Shown: piece by piece, positions 54,860-64,000 of the stretch | Position numbering within the stretch: the first letter of the stretch is position 1 | Layout: every line of letters starts with the position of its first letter | Assembly (NCBI GenBank): GCA_019828565.1 | Contig: JAHDYR010000069.1 | Span: forward strand, 438,699-502,698 | Direction: 5' to 3' | DNA from: Carpediemonas membranifera BICM | Taxonomy: Eukaryota; Protista; Fornicata | DNA: 64,000 nucleotides | Program-made: the position numbers and the translations under genes | Notes under the pieces: model-generated | Told to the model about the DNA's origin: nothing | Seen by the model: only the letters and a program-made list of their open reading frames with translations | Databases searched by the model: none

Positions 54860-56571
54860 CTACTTGTGGATGACGGAGCGCCTTCCTGTATTTGCGCTTT
54901 TCTTTTGATACCCTCTGGGAGACTTGACAAGTTCCGCATGGTCGTCCTGGAGCAGAATAAAGTGGGTAATGCCATGTCTGGAACAGAACACCTGGAAATT
55001 CTCACAACGATCAGCAGCTGAGTCGCCAGAAGGGTACAAACCCCAAAACTGGTGACCATGTGTGAACAATATCACTGTAGAATTATTACCGTTGTTGCAC
55101 ACCATGATGACATTACGCATGTAGATCATGGAAAACTCTCGCACAGCATCATCGGTAAGCCAGCCCATCTTGGAAAACAGTTCTGCCTTAGCGGAATCCT
55201 CCGTCAGAGCCGTCCGCTTCACCCGGCTTTCCACCAGCTCGGCACGCAAAGCCATGGCTGCCTCAAGATCTGTTCTGTGGGTCAGGGTGGTCATATCCCG
55301 GAAATGGCCGTCCCTAATCATGCAACAGCAGTGCGCAACACAGCTGCCATCACGGTGTGTCGAGTATTTCCTCCATGACTTCAACCCATTCACAATTTCC
55401 TCAACGAAGGACTGTGGCTGACCGCTGGTGCCGATTGGAATCTCTTTCTTCTCAATCATATTGTTGATGTGAGACTCAATGGCCACAGATGACTCGTGTT
55501 CAGACTTGATCAAGAGCAGAGAGCGAAAGTCGACGATCTTAGCAGTGGAATCGAAGTTCGGGTACGCAGGCCGGTAAACCTTGTTAAGCAAAAGGATAAC
55601 AACGCGGCGGGGAGTCTTGCGTCTTCCTCCGATACGATCTTCGCTTTTGCACAACCGTCAGGTCTTGCGATAATGACTCTTCGCTTCATGTACGAGAGCT
55701 TGGACATCCAGAACCAGAATTGCGCGATCTCATGGAGGTGATCTGGCTGAGTCATGATTCTGATGAGCCACGTGGCGTCATGGGCGGCAAGTTCGACGGC
55801 GGGTAGCTCATCTGGTGTCAAAAAGCACCACACACCGTTGCATTGTGAACTTGAACTTGCCAGAATACAACTGAAAGATCGGCCGTGGGTCACGGGCGGA
55901 AGACTGGCAGGCGGCAATATACACACCCATGATTCGGGCGAACTTGCAGACATGACTCTCATAATTCTTCAGAATTGCCTCGATGAAGTCGAAGGCAGTT
56001 GTCCAGATGGCTGGTATCGTGCGGGCATCGACCACAAACCGACCATCAGAGTCCGAGTGACCAGTGATAATGAAAAAAAGTCTCATAGTCACCATACAGC
56101 TTGCCGAATTCCTTGATTTTTCGCCTCAAAATCGTCCTCGTTCTCGAACTGGGCCGTCTCGATAACCGTATACTCGCTATGCATTGCCGCAAAGATCTGA
56201 CGAATGCGTTCTGCGTGCCCTCCAATGGAGACAGATTCATCAATCGAAAACTGCCTGCTATCTCCAGCAACGAACCCATAGGTTGGCTCGAACACGATGA
56301 GGACACGTGTATTCTTCAGCGCCAGTGCAGTACGGGTGCACTTGTGACGTCGGGATGGCGAGGGAAAACCGACGTTGCGTGTTTCGCTACTGATGTCCCC
56401 ACAGACACATTCAAACAGCTTTGATCCATCCAGATATCGATTTCTCCACCCCATTGCATTGAAAATGTCTGATCGTCGTTCATGACGCCAATGCCAAATT
56501 GAGGGTGAGAAAATGGCATCGCACTTTAAAAGCAGCTTTATGTGAGAAATGTATTGCATATAATTCTGCAT
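54860..56571 (-). pseudogene. Frameshifted gene(s) with a caspase/CHAT-like segment and a C-terminal OTU-like domain
   Basis: LFFIITGHS..VYIAACQS (55808-56095); THRDGSCVAH..GWLTDDAVREFS..ILLQDDHAEL (54860-55654). Confidence 0.55.
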
Positions 56572-56581
56572 TCAGAAGACG

Positions 56582-57439
56582 ATGGCTAGAACAAAGCAAA
56601 CGGCTCGCCGGCCTACGCAAGGTGGAAAGGCGCCTCGCAAGCAGTTAGCAGCGATAGCTGCGCGGAAACAATACTTCGTCGTACCGCACCTACAAGCCGT
56701 TGTCTCAGGCCGCGTTGGAGAATTGCACGGCAGTCCTGCAAAAAGGCTGATGCTGATATCCAAGAAACTATTCTGTCGTGCATCAAAGAAGACGGAGGCG
56801 CACAACTTCAAGCAGATGGTCAAGAATTCAACACGAGCTGGTTTCCGACTTGCATTCAACACTGAGTCCGAGTCTGTCCACATGAACCCATCGAGGAAGG
56901 ACGAGGTGGCAGCGCGGGCAGAAGCTGCTTACCAATCAGCGCTGCATGCCTTCCGCAGCGTTGACCCTGAGACTGCTGCGACAGAAGATATGAAGACACT
57001 GCTTGACACCTTAGCGGTTGCTCTTGACGCAACGCCAGATGTGCCACATGCTCGCCTGGATCCTGAAGAACAGCGTCGGTTCCTGAAGCTGAAGGATACG
57101 AAGAAATTCTCCAAGTACTGCCTTCCTCGCAGTGACGAGAAGTTTTTCTCGACCAATCTTCGCGCTGCCTTGCGCGAACACCTGGCGAAGGTGTTTCCAA
57201 ACCTCCCTTGGAACAAGATTGTCTCCTGCTTCTCCCCTGAAGCGATCAATGCTGATTTCTTTATCCTGTCCACGAGCAATGCCACCTACGACGAAGCTTG
57301 CCTGACAATGCCGTCTGATGAGAGAAAGAAGCTTCGCAACCATCTTTCCATGACTGAAGAACGGCAGATTGCTCGTCAAGAGATGGAGGTTGAGATTTAC
57401 CAGTTTTTAAGAGAGCTCGGTATGTTCTCTACAGTGTAA
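56582..57439 (+). CDS. Divergent histone H3-derived protein with long C-terminal extension
   Basis: [29 protein letters not shown] is an H3 tail; [10 protein letters not shown]..AHNFK resembles H3 LIRKLPFQRL..AQDFK; 285 aa in total. Confidence 0.8.
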   Translation: [285 protein letters not shown]

Positions 57440-57645
57440 AAGATGCAATTGTTGACCATTGACTCGATCAGCGCGCCTCTAAACCCCACTATTCGAAGGC
57501 GTCTCTGCGGGCTGAAGAGACATAAAAGGTTAAAAACAGTTTAAGGAACTCGTCCAACGTCTTCGCATTGTGCGTCATGGCCACCTTGTCCTTCTTCGTC
57601 AACCTCGATTTGGTACCCTTTCTCTTCACAGTCGTCTTCTTCTTC

Positions 57646-58440
57646 TTAGAAGGCTCCCAGCTCCCATTGGCGCATGCTTTTTCTTAGCTTCTTCTGCTCT
57701 AATCTGTACTTCTCCTCCTCCGTCATGTCTGCTTCCTTTTTCTTTGCCTTCGCCTTCTTCTTCGACTTCATTACATCTAACTTCTTCGCCTTCTCTGCAT
57801 CCTCCTGGACCACGCGAGAAATTGAGTGCTTCACGTCCTTCGGTACATCACGATTCCTCGCATGCTTAACCACGACAAAGACATTATCGTCAGTGCCGCC
57901 ACCTTCAAGGATGACCTTGTCCTTTGGGATCTTGCTGGTGGCAACCAAGAAGCAGATCGGCTTCTTATCCACCTTGAATAGGGCAAACCTGCAGTTGCCA
58001 GCAGCCGAATGATGGCAAAGCTTGTTGACGCATGCTTCATCAGGAGTCATGAGGTGCAGCTGTGACGATAGCTGAATCCGAGAAGGCTGATCGCTAAGAA
58101 CACCCTTGGCAATCCCGAGCACTTCTCCCTCATCAACATCGCCAGCCGTGACCAAACCATACATCATGTCATCGCCCTTTGACACCATGCATGTGCTGCA
58201 CTTCAGAGAAATGAGCGATTGGCCGTCAAGCTCGACAATTTGGTCATCATCGAAAGGCAAGGCGTCTATCTTCATCGCGGCTTCGCCCATGTCCGCCCAA
58301 TTTGCATAGACACGACGCGCAAGCTCTTCCGGAAAGCAATCGCAGCAAAAGTTGACAGTTCCACTTTCTTGCTGCATTCTACGCAGTTTATACCAGCAGT
58401 TTATACGCAGCAATGACACAGCACCAAGAGCGTGGCACAC
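57646..58440 (-). CDS. SET-domain-like protein (divergent; 5' end uncertain)
   Basis: YGLVTAGDVDEGEVLGIAKG, KLCHHSAAGNC and FLVATSKIPKD follow SET motif order; Lys-rich tail. Confidence 0.6.
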   Translation of the reverse strand: MCHALGAVSLLRINCWYKLRRMQQESGTVNFCCDCFPEELARRVYANWADMGEAAMKIDALPFDDDQIVELDGQSLISLKCSTCMVSKGDDMMYGLVTAGDVDEGEVLGIAKGVLSDQPSRIQLSSQLHLMTPDEACVNKLCHHSAAGNCRFALFKVDKKPICFLVATSKIPKDKVILEGGGTDDNVFVVVKHARNRDVPKDVKHSISRVVQEDAEKAKKLDVMKSKKKAKAKKKEADMTEEEKYRLEQKKLRKSMRQWELGAF

Positions 58441-58579
58441 AACCCTTCAATGACCCATGTAAGGTTGGGTGGGTCTTATGTCAGGCTGTTTCTTTTTCAA
58501 TCATTTCAATCATATCCTGCACAGACTTCGTTGATGAAGAAGTTCTGCTATGACGAAGCCGGCTTGTCGCGACGAGAAC

Positions 58580-59344
58580 TGGGCCATAGAACTGAAATCG
58601 GCATCCGAATATCGCGGCACGCATGGGTATTTACCCCCAGAAATGTTCAAAGTGTGTTCGTGTTCGGTCATTCCGCCGTCAACGAGCGCCATACGAGACC
58701 TCAAGCATACGCGCATGACTGCATCGGCTCTTCCCGCCTGTTCTTCATGTCGTCACACCTGCCTCCGACATTTTACTCGTGCGGTGTAGTCATTGCTCTT
58801 TTACGGTCTCCCCAAGTCCCCCTTTGCCGCGAAGGTGACTGACATGGCGCAGATCGACAACAAGAAGAAGAATAAGATGCTGAAGCTTGGTAGCTTGCTG
58901 AACTGGTGCCACTTCTATGGTGGGCAGTTGCAGTTGTCACGTAAGACACTCGAACCGCTCAGAGATTGTCTCAACTTCGTGAACGTGAACTCTGCACTAC
59001 CGATTCGCGGCACAACGCCACCCACTTGCCTCGGAATGTACGACCTGGCAATGCAGATGCTCCACTTCGACCCAACGAAGCGTCCCACTGCTGCCGAATG
59101 TCTTGACAAGCTCAAGGTCATCATGCGCGTGCATGAATGCGTCGCCAAGCCGAGTCCGCTTCTGTTAGATGACACTGAACAGGTCTTACTCTCTGTAGAT
59201 CAGCGAAAGAGAATGGTCGACTGCTGCCAACTGGGGTCCTGGAGGAAAAGTTTAGAGATGCGATTCAGAAAGGGTCGTAGCATTGAACTCGAAACCATGA
59301 GTCCTAAGAACACCGGCGCATGCCCAACACTCACCCCAGGGTGA
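58580..59344 (+). pseudogene. Second kinase paralog, C-lobe only, frameshifted
   Basis: RGTHGYLPPE, KSPF, FYG and YDLAMQMLHFDPTKRPTAAEC are colinear with 53133-54385. Confidence 0.75.
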
Positions 59345-60149
59345 AATACCTGGCCGTGGTTTGAACATATACCGACACATAACTGGGTAAATACGTAAAT
59401 GTTGTGCGAAAATTGCGTCTTGTTCTGCACAGAGCGATGACGAAACTAAAAACGGAACAAGAAGAGGCCTGAAGATTTAACTGCCCGGCGGTGCAGGTTC
59501 GTCAAGTGGCCGGAGATGCCGCTTCCAGTAAGGTGTATGCCGTACAGCTCGCCGTATCCATCTCCGTGCCCGTCTCCATCCCCCACTCCGCCTTCAACGC
59601 CAGCCCCGCCACGCCTGTTGTAAGTCCGCCTCCATCTCCTGTCCGCAGTTCACCACCGAGTCTCGAAATCGAATCACCTCACTACCATGATTCCCCGCAA
59701 TACCATGATGTATGTGATGACCATTAAACGATCTCCTTCTATACAATGACTTCTGAAGCCGTCCGACCAACGGCACAGAACGGTTTATAACATGCATATG
59801 ATCCATTCTGGTGCCTTTATCCTCTATAACCAACATCAGTCCATCAAAATGAATCTTGCAACAGAATACTCATCCACACGCATCGAGAACGAAAAAGAAG
59901 CATATAACCAACATCAACAACCTAATAGAAGGCTGCATGCAAGCGTAGAGCTCTCCTAGTCGATTCTTCAATTTATCAAGCATCAATCTCCACGTCAGGA
60001 TGAAACTGTGCGCCCAAAAGCTCAGAGATGCCGTTATAGATGATATAACGACGTCTCTGAGCTTTTCAGCGATGTCAGTTTCTGGCCACGTCAAGTTCGG
60101 CTCTGCGAAAATAACAGTGCATTGCACTATAAGTCATACATTTGGAATA

Positions 60150-60620
60150 CAGCAATGCACTGTTATTTTTCGCCAAAACCACGCTGACCTACCATTGTCC
60201 ATGGGCTTGACGGGGGTGATCTTCTCGGCTTGGATTTGGCTGAAACTTGGTATATGTGTAGTATTTGATATGTTAGGACGGATCCAAGATTTTTTTACAT
60301 ATCGTTCGAGTCTATTTACCGAGATATACGTAAAAAGCAAAATTAGGGTTGAGTCTATTCTGGCTGAAAAAGCGGTATGGTGGGTTCTCTGACTGTCTGA
60401 ACACGGCTCCAGAAGTTTTTACGTGATGAATTGGCATATTTATATTGCTTTGCGTAAACAGAAAATTTTGACGAGTACCTACAATCAACTACCTGCATAT
60501 ACATGCTATAAACATGCTTAAAAATGCCTTCAGTCGTACGTGCTATATACTAAAAGCTCTTCCTGCATCTTATTTCCGAAAGAACAAAATATTCACTCTG
60601 AAAATAACACTGCATTGCTG
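60150..60620. mobile_element. Putative MITE with about 20-bp TIRs
   Basis: cagcaatgcactgttatttt (60150) versus aaaataacactgcattgctg (60601-20), 1 mismatch; AT-rich non-coding interior; flanks TA / TG. Confidence 0.55.
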
Positions 60621-60682
60621 TGAAATTTTTGGAAAAAGATGCTAGATATCACTATTCTACGCAGCTGGATTCGTGAGGCATC

Positions 60683-62326
60683 ATGAGAAGACCGTTAGGA
60701 TTGCTTCTGCTGCACCTGGTCAAGAGCGTAAGGCTATTCGAGCAGATAAGAGTATGTTCGAGAGATGGTTCGCACTCCGGACGAATAAGAGCCGCTTGGA
60801 GCACCTCAAAGGAGCACAAAGTGATAACGAAGACAGCCCTGAGATGCGCGCTGGTCGATAACATCGTCATTGACGAGATTCGTGATGTGTTTGGTCTCGC
60901 TGGCCGAGTTTCACTAATGGATCTCATCAACAAGGCTTCCCTTCCCGAGCTCATGGCCATTGGTGACGACCTTGCCCGGCCCGAGCTGTCTAAGGTTCCT
61001 GCAGGCTTGTTTATGGAGGATGATCAGGTTGAAATCGTGCGGAAGCAGTTTTTTTGACCACTACACCGGATCAGCGATCACCTTTGAGGGATAACCGCGA
61101 GGCTGTCATGCCGTCACATCGTGGCTCTATTCATCTAGAAGGAACAGGCCGTCTCTTTTCTTCCAGATCAAGTCAACCTGATCCTTCGCGCTCTCTTCGT
61201 CGCCCCTGAGGGTGCACTGTCGAGGCCCGCCGCGTGCATTCCCCTACGAGGACATTCTTTCTGGTTGCAAGAATGATCCGGGAAGCGATGTGACATCAGC
61301 CCAGCCAGAGCGGTTGCGTCGAGATGTTGCCAAGGCAGCCGCCGAAGCTATTCAGGCAAGGAATGACCGCGAGGGAAGCCATACACTCGCTTGAACTCGT
61401 TACTGCATCCTATGCGCAAGATACAGGGCATGCATATGTGACACCACCCGCCAGCGACGCCGTGGAATTTTTCCGACACTGACGAGGACGAGTCCGATGG
61501 CCACGCTGAACCGGCCGCCATGCAGGGTGACGGCGTTCCTTTGCCCCAGACTGATCAAGACGTCGAAGTAGAGTCCGATGTGGACGACACAGACACCGTT
61601 GGTCTCCAGACGGTTTTACGATGTTGATGCAGAGGCCGATCATGACGTCCGCGAGCCAGTGTCCCTGCTTAATCACAGCTTAGCACAGCTAGACGACACC
61701 ATTGCAGGCCTTGATGATGTACCCGAGTCTGTGCGCTTGTTGGAGCAGTACGAGCCCTTGATGAAACGGCTTGCTGAGGAGAGGGAGGCGAGGGAGGCGC
61801 TTGAACAGGCTAACAGAGATTCTGAGGGAGTCCCAGAAGAGACTAGAAGCTGGAGTTAGGTCAGCAGAAGGGCGAGGATCAGGCGATCCATCAGTTTACT
61901 CAAGCAGAGTTGGCACGGGCGAGTGAGGCTGGGCTTGAAGCGCTCGCCGATGAACTCGAGGACAACTGGGCTGAGCTTGTCAGGCGCGCCGAGGAGGCAA
62001 CAATCGAGCTTGACCGCTACGTTGCTCTCGCTGCCTTGATGGAACTGTTCCAGAGGAACAATGTGGCTGGAGCTTTGTGGACTCGGATCAATAGCACCAT
62101 GATGAGGTACGGGGGCCAGAAGTTCATAACGGTCCCACCCCTAGACCTCGGTCTTACGCCTGAGATGAAGGCTATCATCGCACAGCACTCTCGAGAGAAG
62201 AAGACAAAAGCTCGTGTAACACAGGGGAGAGAAGCTGGAGTTTCCCCTGGAAGGAGCGTTCATGCTAGTGGAGCAGTTGAAGTAAATGGGCACGGCGACA
62301 GGGCGGAACAAGCAACCGCGAAATAG
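60683..62326 (+). pseudogene. Fragmented hypothetical gene(s)
   Basis: Series of same-strand short ORFs with protein-like, helical composition broken by stops and frameshifts. Confidence 0.35.
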
Positions 62327-63439
62327 AGATATCAGGTCATCCCTGACATTGTATGGCGAGAACTGTTCTCAGTCTCCGCTTTGGGAGCTCTAAGATCAGT
62401 CTGAGATGAGTTACAGATGTCCACACGGTATTCGTCAAACTGAGCACTTCTCCAAATGAAAATGTACTCGTGCTGCTTTTAATGAGTCTTTGTTGTAGTC
62501 ATAAACATAAGCAGCACCAATTGCCTTCATTTTGCCTGTTTCTGCCATTATTGATCTGCATATTGATTCCAAGCGACTATCTAAACAAAAGCGGCTTTGA
62601 ATTTCTTCAACAATGCCAATTCCGCGCATAATGTCCGATGAAATGCTGACCGCTTGTGATGCAGCTCCCTCAGGCGTTTCTAGATGTGGTTTTCATTGGT
62701 TTCATTCTCAGTGACACCCTTTACATAATTCATTTTACGTTATAAACATATCGAGACGAAATGAAGCAAGTGCCGAAAGAAGTCTCCTGGAACCTATCGC
62801 GCGTTCACTGGTCATGATCTTACTACAAATCTTTCAAAGATCACTTTTTCGGGCCATGTTGACATGCTTCTTTGTCATTGTCGATGATATCGACGTAGAC
62901 AGTGGCCTCTCACTGGGAATGCCCAAAGACTCCGTGTTATCGGCCTATAACACTGTCGTGTCGAACTTGCTTGTCCTGTGTACGGTGGTTTTGTTGCTTT
63001 GAAGAAGAACTTCAACGAGAAGGGTTGCTAGACTGGGCGAGATTTGGGTTATAAGCTCGGTTACACCAAGACTAAGCCGATCATCTACCACCAGTTGACG
63101 CCGAAAAGAGAAGCCCTAGCGCCAAGGATCTGTCAGTTTTCATGAAGGAGATGGCGAATGTCCTCAGACTAGCCAACGCCCTGATATGGACATCGAGAAC
63201 CTGAAGAAGATGAAGTTCATCTTCCCGACAGATCTACTTCTTGATGCCAGGCAAAGATATCACAAGCAAAGCGTGCAGACCAAAAGGCTGAGGGGAGATG
63301 AACCCAGCTTTCCTGCGTCTCCAATCAAATCTGAGTCACTGCTCAACGATAGCAACCTTCTTGGATCCATTAAGACTGAAAGAGATGCGAAGACTCCCGC
63401 TCGTGACTCTTCTCTGACAAACCTTCGGTCCAACACCAA

Positions 63440-63995
63440 ATGATCCAGGATCTTCACCAATACGTTGTTGGTGAACGAAAGTTCGATATGGCACATCAGC
63501 AAGAGCTGAAGCGTCCTACTGCTGATGACAGTGATGACAGTGATGTCAGCATTGCTGAAGACAGGTCCGCTGATTTCTTTCGATATGTTTATGCGTCAAC
63601 TAGCATTTTGCGCTGCGGGCATTGCACTTCCCCAGTTGGTTGGGCAATCCGGAGAACAAACTGACTTCGCCCAGTGCGGATCATGCAACCGCTGCTTTCT
63701 GCATGGGAGGTGCGTGAGGTGATTGGCTCAGCAATGGGAAGAAGGCCATTACCAATTTCACGTGTCCGGATTTATTGCCAACAGCTGCAGATGCACCCGC
63801 TGCAAGGCTAAGATCAAATCGTCAAAGGGAAGGGACTCTTTCTTCTGCAACATGTGCAAATCTTGGTATTGCAAGCCATGCGGTGTGGCCATGTGGGAGA
63901 CCTCGATTGATGGAACCGTTGCCAGGTTCTTATTTTGCCAGGTCTGCAAGGAAAGCCTCCCTGGCACTGAATCCGAGGTCTGGCATTGTGAGTAA
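63440..63995 (+). pseudogene. Tandem PHD-like zinc fingers (interrupted)
   Basis: CGHC..CGSCNRCFLHGRC, then CTRC..FFCNMCKSWYCKPC..FLFCQVC. Confidence 0.6.
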
Positions 63996-64000
63996 AGGAA

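Noticed and set aside
47222-64000. Firm call as an endogenous giant virus or Polinton
   Set aside because: No capsid, polB, A32 ATPase or primase-helicase motif was recognised in the window.

Overview
Eukaryotic DNA from a very compact, flagellated protist. It uses the standard code and has 28-38 nt spliceosomal introns with Giardia/Trichomonas-like CACACAG acceptors. This fits a free-living metamonad/fornicate such as Carpediemonas (inference, not a database result). The window has three compartments. (1) 1-31.9 kb: about 25 tightly packed host genes (TauE-like, MTA/SAH nucleosidase, two Sfi1-like proteins, UBC13, 5'-nucleotidase, RFC3, Maf1, PH-repeat protein, MBOAT, CNOT9, UTP25, RRP9, Rab28, GrpE, cyclin) plus an ABCD pseudogene. 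(2) 32-47 kb: a nest of chromodomain-bearing Ty3/Gypsy LTR retrotransposons. Three different families have identical 87-94 bp LTR pairs and target-site duplications. In all three, the position of the tRNA primer-binding site is instead occupied by a perfect 12-16 bp palindrome straddling the 5'-LTR end, a candidate tRNA-independent priming/dimerisation signal. (3) About 41-64 kb: an accessory, frameshift-rich island. It contains a RAG/Transib-like DDE transposase remnant (split by one LTR element) and a chromatin-manipulation gene set: a divergent histone H3 with a K9R tail and long C-terminal extension, a SET-like gene, tandem PHD-like fingers, three OTU-like proteases, a caspase/CHAT-like segment and two Cdc7-like kinases. 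This suggests a large cargo-carrying mobile or virus-derived element. All family calls come from motif recognition by eye.
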